DNA of 64,000 nt from Pseudobdellovibrionaceae bacterium (lineage in GTDB: Bacteria; Bdellovibrionota; Bdellovibrionia; Bdellovibrionales; UBA1609): NCBI GenBank assembly GCA_015163855.1, contig JAAOIK010000007.1, forward strand, positions 28,824 through 92,823. The letters are read 5' to 3'. The translations under genes were made by a program, and so were the position numbers. Under the pieces are notes generated by a model, which searched no databases, had not been told where the DNA came from, and saw only the letters and a program-made list of their open reading frames with translations. Numbering within the stretch: position 1 is the stretch's first letter; every line of letters begins with the position of its first letter. Below, piece by piece: positions 19,398 through 29,122 of this stretch.

Positions 19398-20498
19398 TTA
19401 CTCCTCGTTTCCCATTAATGCAGATACAAACTGCTTAGGGGCAAATACTTGAATGTCTTTTAAAGACTCCCCCATACCTAAAAACAAAACGGGCAAGTGT
19501 AAATCTTTAGCTAAACTAATTGCTACTCCACCCTTAGAACTGCCATCTAATTTTGTTAAAAGTACCCCTGTAATATTTAATTTGCGGTGAAAGTTTTCTG
19601 CTTGCACACAGGCATTTTGACCCGAATTAGCATCTAAAACTAAAAAAGACTCTTGAGGAGATTGTGGTAATAATTTTTTTACTACTTTTTTAATTTTTTC
19701 TAATTCATTCATTAAGTTCGATTGTGTGTGCAATCTTCCCGCAGTATCAATTAACACTAAATCATAATTTTGTGCCTTAGCTTTTTGGCAAGCATTATAA
19801 GCTACCGCAGAAGGGTCTTTCATATCCTCGGGAGCAAAAATACATACACCCGCTTGCTTACTCCACTGTACTAGTTGTTCTTGTGCTGCCGCTCTAAAAG
19901 TATCTGCAGAAGCCATTAATACCTTATAGCCTTTTTGATGAGCCATATAAGCCAATTTACCAATGGAGGTGGTTTTCCCTGCACCATTTACCCCTGAAAT
20001 TAACCAAACTACTGGGTCTTTTCTTTCGGGTGCATCTAAAGCCGTCCAAACAGTATTTGCATCTCTGTAAGCTAAATTTAACACATTTAACATTTCTAAT
20101 TTTAAAGAGGATAACAATACAGGATAAGTTAAATTATCTTTTTTTTGAATTTTTTCTAAAAAATAATGAGCGGTTTTAGGGCCTAAGTCACTGCCATAAA
20201 GTAACTCCTCTAAAGACTCCATATCTTCATCATTTAAAACCTGTGTTTTGCTAGAAAATATTTTTAACTTATCCGACCATGAACTTCGTGATTTTTCTAA
20301 AATAGAAAACAGGTCTTGATTTTTATTAAAAGTCACAGCTTCTTTGGAAGGTTTTGCTGTAAATTGTTTTTTTAAAGTGGCTTTGCTGTTTTTAAAAAAA
20401 GAGCTTTTTACTTTTGGGTATAATAAAAAAAAGAAAAGCAACAAAATTACCACAGCCACTAACAAAGGCCATTGTTGCACCAACCATTGCATATTCAT
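19398..20498 (-). CDS. ftsY: Signal recognition particle receptor FtsY (membrane-anchored form)
   Basis: SRP GTPase motifs GVNGAGKTTSIGKLA, DTAGRLH, TKLDGSSKGG. N-terminal hydrophobic helix WPLLVAVVILLLFFFLLY. Confidence 0.93.
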   Translation of the reverse strand: MNMQWLVQQWPLLVAVVILLLFFFLLYPKVKSSFFKNSKATLKKQFTAKPSKEAVTFNKNQDLFSILEKSRSSWSDKLKIFSSKTQVLNDEDMESLEELLYGSDLGPKTAHYFLEKIQKKDNLTYPVLLSSLKLEMLNVLNLAYRDANTVWTALDAPERKDPVVWLISGVNGAGKTTSIGKLAYMAHQKGYKVLMASADTFRAAAQEQLVQWSKQAGVCIFAPEDMKDPSAVAYNACQKAKAQNYDLVLIDTAGRLHTQSNLMNELEKIKKVVKKLLPQSPQESFLVLDANSGQNACVQAENFHRKLNITGVLLTKLDGSSKGGVAISLAKDLHLPVLFLGMGESLKDIQVFAPKQFVSALMGNEE

Positions 20499-20502
20499 TA
20501 TA

Positions 20503-23500
20503 CTAAGACCACTTTTCTATTTTATCAAAATCTACTGATAATAATTTAGAAACCCCTTTTTCTTGCATGGTCACACCAAAAAGTTTGTCCAACCTCTTCA
20601 TGGTCTGTTTATTATGAGTAATAACGATAATTTGTGTATTTTTTGACATTTCTTTAACTAAATCATTAAACCGAATAACATTGGCTTCGTCTAAAGGAGC
20701 ATCCACCTCGTCTAATAAACAAAATGGCGATGGATTTACTAAAAATAAAGAAAAAATAAAAGCCACAGCAGATAAAGCTTTTTCTCCACCAGATAGTAAT
20801 TGAATGCGTTCTAATTTCTTACCTGGAGGGCTAACCATAATGTCCACTCCCTCTTCGCCAGTTTTTTCGTTAACTACTAAGCTTAGTTTAGCCGAACCCC
20901 CTCCAAATAAAGCAGGAAATACTTTTGTAAATTTATCATTAATTTTAGTAAATGTAGTATGAAACCTTTCTTTACAAATACCATCAATTTTAACCACTAC
21001 TTTATTTAATTGGTCTTTTGCAGATAATAAATCTTGGTGTTGGTTTTCTAAAAAAGTAAATTCTTGTAGCTGCTTTTCGTACTGTTCGCTAGCTACTAAA
21101 TTAACCTCTCCAATGCGCTGTAATTGCGAATATGCTTTTTCCATTTCTAATTCGATATTTTTAATAACTGCATCGATATCTTGGTTATTTAATACAGATA
21201 CTAATTCTTCTTCCTTTTCTTGTGCAATAACAGGTAAGTCGACTAAATACTTTTCTTTAACTTGTTCTACAAAATTATTTTGTTGTAAAACATAGGCTTC
21301 TAAGTTTAATTTTAAATTATGAGTTTTATCTTTCCAAGAAAATTGTTTAGTTCGTAAAGATTTTAATTTAGAATCTTTTTCCTCGATAGTATTTTTTTCT
21401 ATTTCATAATTGTTTACTAGTTCGGAATATTGCAATTGTAAGTTCTCTAAGTGCTTAATTTTTTCTGACAAAGCTTCTCTTTGCACTTTAATAGATTCTT
21501 CATAGGCTTTAATTGAAGAAACATTATTTACAATTTGCTTTTCTGCTTGCTCTTGCTCGACAGTTAATTCTTGTAAAGAAAGCGTTAGTAGTTCTTTTTG
21601 TTTTAGTAACCCGTCATGCTCTTTTTCAAATTGCGTAAACTGAATAGTTATGCGTTGTCTTTCATTTTGAACAGAAGAAAAGTCTTTTTCTAAAAAGACA
21701 AGTTCTTTTCCTAAAACTTCTAAATGTTCTTTTTTCTCTTTTACTTTTTTTGATAATTGTCCATTTTTTTCTTTAAAATTTTCTAATTGGCTTGCTTGTT
21801 CTTTTTCTTGATTAGTAAGAATACTAATTTCTTGGTATATACTATTTAACTTATCATTAAAGTGGTTAAATTTTAATTCTAATTCTTTTTTGTCTCTTTC
21901 TAGGTGCAATAAAGTATCTTTTTTATCGGCTTGTACTTTTTGAGCATCTTCGTAAGAGCTTTCTAAAAGCTCGATTTGTTCGTTGATTTTTTTCCACTGT
22001 TTTTTTGCCAAAGTTAGCTTCGCTTGCGCTTCTGTTTTTCCCGCTAATAATTCTTTAATTTCGCGATTTCTACTTAATAAACTCGACTCTTCTTTTTGCC
22101 CAGAACCTCCCGACAAAATTCCTTCCGAATTTAAAGCGTCTCCTTCTTTAGTAACAAAAGAGCATTGTGGATAATCTTTAATTAAACTCCAAGCTAAACC
22201 CATATTTTCTACCAAAACGGTGTTAGAAAAAATGTGCTTCACCGCTTCGGTGTAGTTGTCATCACTTTTTATAAAGTCTACTAATAAACCCTTAACACCC
22301 TCTTTTTTCATTAAAGAATTTTTATCAAAATCACAAGTAGGGCTCTGCGGAGACATCGATATAAACTCTTTATTAAAAAATTGCGAATGCCCTTGTTGGC
22401 TTTCTTTTAAGTAATTTAATGCCTGTATAGATTCCTCTTTATTAGAGGATAATAATAATTGTTCTTTATGACCTAAAGCTGCCGACACGGCTTTCTCTAA
22501 ATTTTCGGGAACTTCTAAAACCTCTGCAATAGGGGAAAAACTTAAACTTCCATCGGCTTGTTGTAAAGTTTGTTTTTGCCAAAGAAGTACATTTTTTACT
22601 CCTTTTTGAAAGCCAGCCCAGCTAGAAGATAAATCTTCTAAACTTTTTAATTTACTACTAATTGATAAATACTCTTCTTTTTTTTGGTCAATAAAATTCT
22701 GAGCTTGCGTGTTTTTTTCTTTTAAAATTTTTAAATTAGCATCAATATTATTTTTATCTTGAGATAAATTAAGATTCGTTTGGTTTTCTTCGTCAATCTT
22801 TTTAATTAAACCTTGTTGCTCTGCTTTGTTTTTCTTTTGCAACTCTTCTATCTGTAGTTTTTCTGTTTTATATTTATCTAATCTAGATAAAGTCCATTTA
22901 CATTTTTCTTCTATAATTTCTTTTTGACTAAAAAAATGAGAGTTTTCTTGTGCCATAACCAACAAACTTTCTTGCTCTAAAGAAAAATCTTTCTTTTTGG
23001 TATCTAACTGTATTTTGGCATTATCAAATGTCTCTTCTATCTTATGTCGAGAGATACTTTGCTCTTTATTAGCAGTTATTAGTTGCTCTATTTCTGTACT
23101 AATATCTTCAATTTGTTTAGAAAAATTTTCTTTGCGCGATTTATATTTTGTTAAAAAATTTTCTGACTGCTCTTTGTTCTCTTGTTCTCTAGATAACACA
23201 TACTCTAAATCTTTGCTTGCCATTTCTTTTTCACGAATAATATTTTGCACACCAGACACTTCTTGTTGCAAAACATTAATGCTTTTTTCTTTTTTTAATA
23301 AATTTAGCGATAGCTCGTCTTTGTTAACCTCTAAAGTGTTTAATTGTGTTTGAAAAGCCATTTCTTCTTTTTCGATGTCTGCTAAAGCGGCTTGGTCTTT
23401 AGCCATAGTGTTTTCAATATTTTTATAATGCAAAGCTTGCTTAAATAAATCTTTTTCTTCTATTTGTGCTTTAATTTTTTTATATTTTTCTGCCTTAGCA

Positions 23501-24135
23501 GCTTGCGACTCTAATGCTCTTAAAGATTTTTTTTGCTCTGATAAAATATCTTGTAAGCGTAATAAGTTTTGATCGGTAAGAATTAATTTTCTTTCTGATT
23601 CGCGTTTTTTTACTTTAAATTTACTTAACCCAGCCACCTCTTCTATAAAAGTGCGTCTTTCTTCTGGCTTTGATAAAATCATTCGACTAATTTGCCCCTG
23701 TTCTACAATGGAGAAACCCTTAGCCCCCGCCCCTGTGTCCATAAATATTTCTTGCACATCTTTTAAACGAACTTGCTCTTTATTAATTAAATACTCTGTT
23801 TCTAAGGAGCGATGGATACGGCGAGTAACGGTAATTTCAGAATGTTTTGCATATTTTACAGGAAACTGGCCTCCATCATTTCCTAAAGTAATGGACACTT
23901 CGGCCAAAGCTACAGAGCTGTATTTTTGCGTTCCAGAAAAAATCACATCCGACATTGCCGAGCCACGCAAAGCTTTTGGAGAGGTAGAACCCATCACCCA
24001 TAAAATGGCATCCACCACATTAGACTTGCCACAGCCATTAGGCCCAACAATTCCTGTTCTTTCTTTATCAAAAGTAATTCGCGTTTTATCTTTAAAAGAT
24101 TTAAAGCCATATAATTCTAAGTGTTTAATTTTCAA
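20503..24135 (-). CDS. smc: Chromosome partition protein Smc
   Basis: Walker A GPNGCGKSN, long coiled-coil arms, a hinge region, signature LSGGEKAL and Walker B LLDEVDAPLD. TTG start with GGGAG 6 nt upstream. Confidence 0.95.
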   Translation of the reverse strand: MKIKHLELYGFKSFKDKTRITFDKERTGIVGPNGCGKSNVVDAILWVMGSTSPKALRGSAMSDVIFSGTQKYSSVALAEVSITLGNDGGQFPVKYAKHSEITVTRRIHRSLETEYLINKEQVRLKDVQEIFMDTGAGAKGFSIVEQGQISRMILSKPEERRTFIEEVAGLSKFKVKKRESERKLILTDQNLLRLQDILSEQKKSLRALESQAAKAEKYKKIKAQIEEKDLFKQALHYKNIENTMAKDQAALADIEKEEMAFQTQLNTLEVNKDELSLNLLKKEKSINVLQQEVSGVQNIIREKEMASKDLEYVLSREQENKEQSENFLTKYKSRKENFSKQIEDISTEIEQLITANKEQSISRHKIEETFDNAKIQLDTKKKDFSLEQESLLVMAQENSHFFSQKEIIEEKCKWTLSRLDKYKTEKLQIEELQKKNKAEQQGLIKKIDEENQTNLNLSQDKNNIDANLKILKEKNTQAQNFIDQKKEEYLSISSKLKSLEDLSSSWAGFQKGVKNVLLWQKQTLQQADGSLSFSPIAEVLEVPENLEKAVSAALGHKEQLLLSSNKEESIQALNYLKESQQGHSQFFNKEFISMSPQSPTCDFDKNSLMKKEGVKGLLVDFIKSDDNYTEAVKHIFSNTVLVENMGLAWSLIKDYPQCSFVTKEGDALNSEGILSGGSGQKEESSLLSRNREIKELLAGKTEAQAKLTLAKKQWKKINEQIELLESSYEDAQKVQADKKDTLLHLERDKKELELKFNHFNDKLNSIYQEISILTNQEKEQASQLENFKEKNGQLSKKVKEKKEHLEVLGKELVFLEKDFSSVQNERQRITIQFTQFEKEHDGLLKQKELLTLSLQELTVEQEQAEKQIVNNVSSIKAYEESIKVQREALSEKIKHLENLQLQYSELVNNYEIEKNTIEEKDSKLKSLRTKQFSWKDKTHNLKLNLEAYVLQQNNFVEQVKEKYLVDLPVIAQEKEEELVSVLNNQDIDAVIKNIELEMEKAYSQLQRIGEVNLVASEQYEKQLQEFTFLENQHQDLLSAKDQLNKVVVKIDGICKERFHTTFTKINDKFTKVFPALFGGGSAKLSLVVNEKTGEEGVDIMVSPPGKKLERIQLLSGGEKALSAVAFIFSLFLVNPSPFCLLDEVDAPLDEANVIRFNDLVKEMSKNTQIIVITHNKQTMKRLDKLFGVTMQEKGVSKLLSVDFDKIEKWS

Positions 24136-24364
24136 GTGAGGCTCCCGTTTTATTTTAAAAATCCATTGTGTATTGTATACTAAAAGTAAGCGTATAAAAT
24201 CGACCTATAACCTTACTTTATTATCACCCTAAACTTAGGTTCAGTCCAGCCAGAATTGTTAAACAATCCTTAATGGAAAATAAGCATTTTGCGATGCGTT
24301 ATTTTTTACCTTCCTTTAGCTACTTAATCGTTGACAAATATACTGCAAAACTAGTTTATGCCTT

Positions 24365-24769
24365 ATGCCTTCTACTAGCTTACGCAGACAATCCAGAGAG
24401 TTAGCTTTACAGTTTTTACACCAAATAGATTTTACCAAAATGGCTTTGCCACAGTCTTTTCAAGACTTTAAAACCGCCTTTAGCTTTCCTGAAAACACTT
24501 GGCCTTATGCCACCAACATCATTTTAGGGGTAGACGCAAATAAACAGGAGATTTTAAAGCTCATTGAAAGTACATCTAAAAATTGGAAGCTAGACCGCAT
24601 AGCCAAAGTGGATTTGTACATTTTAAGTATTGCTATTTTTGAGTTAAAATTTTCTAAAGAAAACACAGATAAAGCGGTAATTATTAATGAAGCACTAGAG
24701 GTTGCTAAAAAATATTCATCAGCAAAGTCTTCTTCTTTTATTAATGGAATTTTAGATGAGGTTGCATAA
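24365..24769 (+). CDS. nusB: Transcription antitermination factor NusB
   Basis: RRQSRELALQFLHQ N-terminus, EALEVAKKYSS...FINGILD C-terminus, and a length of 134 aa. Confidence 0.88.
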   Translation: MPSTSLRRQSRELALQFLHQIDFTKMALPQSFQDFKTAFSFPENTWPYATNIILGVDANKQEILKLIESTSKNWKLDRIAKVDLYILSIAIFELKFSKENTDKAVIINEALEVAKKYSSAKSSSFINGILDEVA

Positions 24770-25143
24770 TGATTCGTGAAATTCATCTTAGCAGTGCCTT
24801 TTCTTTAGGCGCTAATATTTGGGTCAGCCCTCATGACAACGGAACCTCGGTAATCAAACAGCTAGATTACTTTACACAATTTCAATTAAGCAAAAACAGC
24901 AATAAACCCCTATTTATGCTTTACAATCACCGACTACTGCCTTGTACGGCTATTATGCAAGTCCATTATAAACCCTCTGAAAAAGTCGCTTGGATTAAAA
25001 ATATTTTTACTGTTTGGGAAAAACAAAACAAAGAAAGTTTGCGTATTTTTTTACCAAAAGATTTTGATGCACAATTATGCAAAAAATATTTAACAGAGAT
25101 TTTTCCAGATAGCGCAGATATTTCTTTAGTTAGCGAAGATTAA
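24769..25143 (+). CDS. Hypothetical protein (124 aa), start overlapping the nusB stop
   Basis: The ATG overlaps the nusB stop (TAATG). I recognise no family. Its last 11 codons lie inside copy 1 of the 40-bp tandem repeat. Confidence 0.6.
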   Translation: MIREIHLSSAFSLGANIWVSPHDNGTSVIKQLDYFTQFQLSKNSNKPLFMLYNHRLLPCTAIMQVHYKPSEKVAWIKNIFTVWEKQNKESLRIFLPKDFDAQLCKKYLTEIFPDSADISLVSED

Positions 25144-25230
25144 GTAAGTTAGCGCAGATATCTCTTTAGTTAGCAAAGCTTAAGTAAGTTAGCGCAGGTA
25201 TTTCTTTAGTTAGCGAAGATTAAGTAAGTT
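25111..25230. repeat. Three tandem copies of a 40-bp unit, equivalent to six TTAGCGnAGAT-like sites with alternating 21/19-bp spacing
   Basis: Units at 25111-25150, 25151-25190 and 25191-25230 (AGCGCAGATATTTCTTTAGTTAGCGAAGATTAAGTAAGTT) differ by 1-3 substitutions. Each unit holds two related half-units. The array fills the gap between the ORF124 stop and the mutS stop (25236). Confidence 0.9.
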
Positions 25231-25235
25231 AATAC

Positions 25236-27548
25236 TTAAGCTTCTAGTTGATGCAAAATATCTTTTGCTCTATTTAATAAATCGGTGGGCAGTCCTGCAA
25301 GTTTGGCTACATACAATCCATAGGATTTATTAGCCGAACCCTTAGTTAAGGTATATAAAAATTCTATACTATTATCTTTTTGTGTATTTTCTTTTACTGC
25401 CATATGTTGATTTTCCATATTAGAGTATCGACTTTCTAAACTAGCAATTTCGTGGTAATGGGTGGAAAATAATAAAGTGGCTTTTGTTTTTGATAAAAAA
25501 TATTCTAATATAGCTTGAGCTAAACTTAAACCATCGTAAGTGCTTGTGCCCCTTCCTATTTCATCTAACACCACTAAAGATTGAGTGCTTGCGGTTTTTA
25601 AAATACTTGCTGTTTCTTGCATTTCTAACATAAAAGTAGATACCCCTTCGGATAAAATATCACTAGCGCCAATTCTAGTATAAATACCATCAAATAAACA
25701 TAGCTGCGCCTGTCTTGCAGGAACAAACGAACCTATTTGACACAACAATACACTTAAGGCCACTTGACGCATTATAGTGCTTTTACCAGCCATATTAGGC
25801 CCTGTTAACACAATACCGCAACCTTGTTTTAAATGAATATCATTGGCTGTAAAGTTTTGTAACTGCTCTAAAACAGGGTGGCGACTAGCCAATAAACTAA
25901 GGTGATTTTCTGTAAACTCTGGACATATATAATTGTTTTCTAAAGCTAGCCACGACAAAGAAGACAATACATCGGTTTCGTTTATAAAACGAGACAATAA
26001 TAAAAAGTCCGAAAAATATTGAGACACTTCTTTTTTTAAATCATTTAAACATTCATATTCTAAAGATAAAGTTTTTTGTTTAGCTAACAATAATTTATCT
26101 GCTACCTTATCTAAAGGCGCATACCCATAACGAGTAGCCTGTTTTAAACTTTGTTTTGCCTTGTATTCTAAGGGAACTTTATCTTTATGCGTATTAGTTA
26201 CCTCTATATAAAAACCAAACACAGGACTATAAGAAATTTTTAAAGAAGAGATTCCCGTACGCTCTCGTTCTGTTTCTGCTAAATTTTGTAAATAACTATC
26301 CCCTTCTTGAGAAGAACTTCTTAATTCATCTAATTGCGCATTAGCATAGGGTTTAATAAAGCCACCATTTTTTAATGCACTGGGAGGGTCGGCTACCAAA
26401 GTGTTATCTACTTGCTCACTAATTTTAAAAGCGGCTATAATAATTTCTTGAGGTAAATATTTTTTATCTTCATCGCTAAGTAAATCATACACCTCTGCAG
26501 CCGCTTTTAAAGATTTAGATAAAAATAAAATATCTCGAGGATGACAAGAAGGATACGATAACTTTAATAAACTTCTTTGTATATCGCCCACTAATGATAA
26601 GTGTTGCCGTACCGCCTTTAACTCTAAGGTTTGCTGTACCCAATATTTTATTTTATTTTGTCTACTTATAATTTTCGCTTTATCTGTTAACGGAAACTTT
26701 AAATAATCTTTTAATAGGCGAGCTCCTCCTGCGGTGCGCGTTTTATTAATAACAGAAAATAAACTTCCTTTATTTTGTCCTTCATAGTTTTTAAATACTT
26801 CTAAATTATATAAACTTTGGTCAGAAATCGTAAAACTATTTTTTAAACTTCTTTTTTTAAATGCCTGAGTGTGGGTAATATTTGGTTTAACAGTATGTAT
26901 ATAAGATAATAAAAAATTAACCGCAGAAGCTTCGTAAATGATGGGTGGATTTTTAGTATTTTTTATAACTTCTTCTGGCTTTTTTGAGTGAACAGAAAGA
27001 TGAAAGTTTTTATTTTTATTTAACCAATAGGCTCTTTGCTGAGCGGTTACCACCAACTCCACAGGCTTTAACAAATGTAGTAAAGCTAAAGCTTCTTCCT
27101 CGGTATTTATTATATAGTAAAAAGCTTCTCCTGTAGATAAATCTAAAAAAGCAACACTACTTTCATCATAGGCAGCTATAAAGTATTGCGACAATGCATC
27201 TAAAGTGTCTGGGTCATAAACCATTCCTGGGCTAAGAATATGGGTTACCTCTCTTTTTACTAAAATTTTTGCTTCGCTTGCTTCTTCCACTTGATCGCAA
27301 ATCGCTACTTTATAGCCTTGGGATAACAGTGTCGCTATGGGCAATTTTAAACTATGGTGAGGAAAACCACACATGGGAGTTTTTTCTGTGGATTTTTTAT
27401 TTCTATAAGTTAAACGAATATTTAATAAGGGTGCAGCGACTTTGGCATCTTCATGAAAAAGTTCAAAGAAATCTCCCATTCTAAATAGTAAAATTTTATC
27501 TTTATGTTGTGATTTTATATCCCAGTACTGTTTCATTAACGGAGTCAT
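25236..27548 (-). CDS. mutS: DNA mismatch repair protein MutS
   Basis: MKQYWDIK...FRMGDFFELFHEDA mismatch-binding N-terminus, Walker A GPNMAGKST, DEIGRGTSTYDG and STHYHE. At 770 aa it ends just after the helix-turn-helix region. Confidence 0.94.
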   Translation of the reverse strand: MTPLMKQYWDIKSQHKDKILLFRMGDFFELFHEDAKVAAPLLNIRLTYRNKKSTEKTPMCGFPHHSLKLPIATLLSQGYKVAICDQVEEASEAKILVKREVTHILSPGMVYDPDTLDALSQYFIAAYDESSVAFLDLSTGEAFYYIINTEEEALALLHLLKPVELVVTAQQRAYWLNKNKNFHLSVHSKKPEEVIKNTKNPPIIYEASAVNFLLSYIHTVKPNITHTQAFKKRSLKNSFTISDQSLYNLEVFKNYEGQNKGSLFSVINKTRTAGGARLLKDYLKFPLTDKAKIISRQNKIKYWVQQTLELKAVRQHLSLVGDIQRSLLKLSYPSCHPRDILFLSKSLKAAAEVYDLLSDEDKKYLPQEIIIAAFKISEQVDNTLVADPPSALKNGGFIKPYANAQLDELRSSSQEGDSYLQNLAETERERTGISSLKISYSPVFGFYIEVTNTHKDKVPLEYKAKQSLKQATRYGYAPLDKVADKLLLAKQKTLSLEYECLNDLKKEVSQYFSDFLLLSRFINETDVLSSLSWLALENNYICPEFTENHLSLLASRHPVLEQLQNFTANDIHLKQGCGIVLTGPNMAGKSTIMRQVALSVLLCQIGSFVPARQAQLCLFDGIYTRIGASDILSEGVSTFMLEMQETASILKTASTQSLVVLDEIGRGTSTYDGLSLAQAILEYFLSKTKATLLFSTHYHEIASLESRYSNMENQHMAVKENTQKDNSIEFLYTLTKGSANKSYGLYVAKLAGLPTDLLNRAKDILHQLEA

Positions 27549-29065
27549 GCTATTACCTTTGAAAATTTTTCTTTTATTTTTTGATAAATACCATCAAAGC
27601 TACCATTGCTCATAATAACCACCACATCTCCAGCCCGTAAATGCTTTTGTAAAAAAGAAACAATTTCACTCGCCAAATCAATACACTGTGCCTTGGGAGG
27701 TGTACATTTACTAAAAGCATTAATATCCTCCACTAACTGTTGAGAAGAAAACCTTTGGGTTTGTATAATTTTATCTTGATAATAAGCCTTTGCAATAATA
27801 ACTTGATCGGCCTTATCAAAGGCTTTAACAAAAGCCTTTTGAAAAACATCGCGCCTAGATGTCGCCGAACGAGGCTCAAAAATGGCAAACACCCGACCCC
27901 TTGCAGAGTCCTTACTACTTGAAGAAAAGTATTGATTTTTAATAGCGTCTAAAGTTAAGCTTACGGCCGTGGGATGATGAGCAAAATCTTCTATAAAACG
28001 AATTCCTCTGCTTTGAAAAAACAAATCTTGCCTTCTTTTTACTCCCTTAAAACTTTGCAAGGCAGTTAATACTTTTTCATTAGACAACTGCTGTGTAGAA
28101 TATTTTATCCACTCCGAAAACAAAACCCATACCGCTAAGTTGTTTAATATATTGTGCTTGCCAAATAAAGTGGATTGCAAGTTTACTTCTTTATTCGTAC
28201 TACTATCTTTGACTAAAATGTTTTGAAAAGTATTAGTATAACTATACTCGGTAACTACATAATGATTAGAAAAAGGGGGTTGAATGTCCATTTTATTAAA
28301 ACCAAAGCCAATAATTTTAGAATTAATTTTTGCAGAGTCTAACAGTGTTTTAATATTTTTATCATCACTGTTAACTATTAATAAGCCTTCTTTAGGAATA
28401 AGCTCTACTAATTTTTTAAAGGCACTTAACACTTGATCTAAGTTGTCATAAATATCTGCATGATCAAATTCAATTCCTGTTAAAATTACAAAATGTGGTT
28501 TATAGTGTAAAAACTTAGGCCCTTTATCAAAAAAAGCCGTGTCGTATTCATCTCCCTCTATAATAAAATGCTCGCCAGATTGTTCTAAAAAAGATTGGCT
28601 AAAATTTTTTGCAACACCTCCTATTAAAAAACTAGGACTTAAATTGCAAGATTCAAAAACCCACGACATTAAAGCAGTGGTAGTGGTTTTGCCATGAGTA
28701 CCAGCCACAATAACACTCTTTTTCTCTTTTATAAAAAAAGCAGATATAGCTTGAGGCAAACTGATATAAGGTATTTTTAGTCGCTCCATTTCTACAGCTT
28801 CTTCAAAATGTTTGCTAATAACATTGCCCACAATAATTAAATCTGGCCTTGGGTTTAAATTACTAGAAGAATAAGGAGTTTTAACAGTAATTTCTAAATT
28901 GGCCAACTGATCAGACATGGGAGGGTAAGCCGCCGAGTCACTACCTCCAACAACAAATCCTTGCCCCTGTAAAAGGCCTGCAAGACTAGCCATAGCCGTG
29001 CCACAAATGCCCATCAAATATATAAAAGCCCCTGGCTTTAATGATTTTAAATTATTATTACTCAT
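27545..29065 (-). CDS. mpl: UDP-N-acetylmuramate:L-alanyl-gamma-D-glutamyl-meso-diaminopimelate ligase (Mpl)
   Basis: Mur-ligase fold: ICGTAMASLAGLL, YPPMSDQL (Mpl-type N-terminus) and GTHGKTTTT. Its stop overlaps the mutS start by 4 nt. Distinguishing it from MurC rests on the N-terminal pattern only. Confidence 0.8.
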   Translation of the reverse strand: MSNNNLKSLKPGAFIYLMGICGTAMASLAGLLQGQGFVVGGSDSAAYPPMSDQLANLEITVKTPYSSSNLNPRPDLIIVGNVISKHFEEAVEMERLKIPYISLPQAISAFFIKEKKSVIVAGTHGKTTTTALMSWVFESCNLSPSFLIGGVAKNFSQSFLEQSGEHFIIEGDEYDTAFFDKGPKFLHYKPHFVILTGIEFDHADIYDNLDQVLSAFKKLVELIPKEGLLIVNSDDKNIKTLLDSAKINSKIIGFGFNKMDIQPPFSNHYVVTEYSYTNTFQNILVKDSSTNKEVNLQSTLFGKHNILNNLAVWVLFSEWIKYSTQQLSNEKVLTALQSFKGVKRRQDLFFQSRGIRFIEDFAHHPTAVSLTLDAIKNQYFSSSSKDSARGRVFAIFEPRSATSRRDVFQKAFVKAFDKADQVIIAKAYYQDKIIQTQRFSSQQLVEDINAFSKCTPPKAQCIDLASEIVSFLQKHLRAGDVVVIMSNGSFDGIYQKIKEKFSKVIA

Positions 29066-29122
29066 AATAAATGGCTTTAAACTAATTTATTAATTTACAC
29101 ATTACAAATACTTTTTAATTTA

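Noticed and set aside
22997-24139. 118-aa and 162-aa ORFs antisense to smc
   Set aside because: Same argument. smc is unambiguous (Walker A/B, signature motif), and the antisense products have no motifs and no translation signals.
24136-24364. Possible tRNA or small RNA in the 229-bp smc/nusB divergent region (GGTTCAGTCC resembles a T-arm). A 49-codon ORF also starts at 24273.
   Set aside because: The T-loop lacks the invariant A58 position and has no complementary T-stem or acceptor stem. The small ORF has no Shine-Dalgarno and overlaps the nusB start out of frame.
25236-27548. MutS is short (770 aa) and appears to lack the extreme C-terminal oligomerisation domain
   Set aside because: All catalytic and mismatch-binding motifs are intact and the ORF ends at a clean stop abutting the repeat array. 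C-terminal length varies among bacterial MutS proteins, so I do not consider it a pseudogene or a notable anomaly without alignment data.
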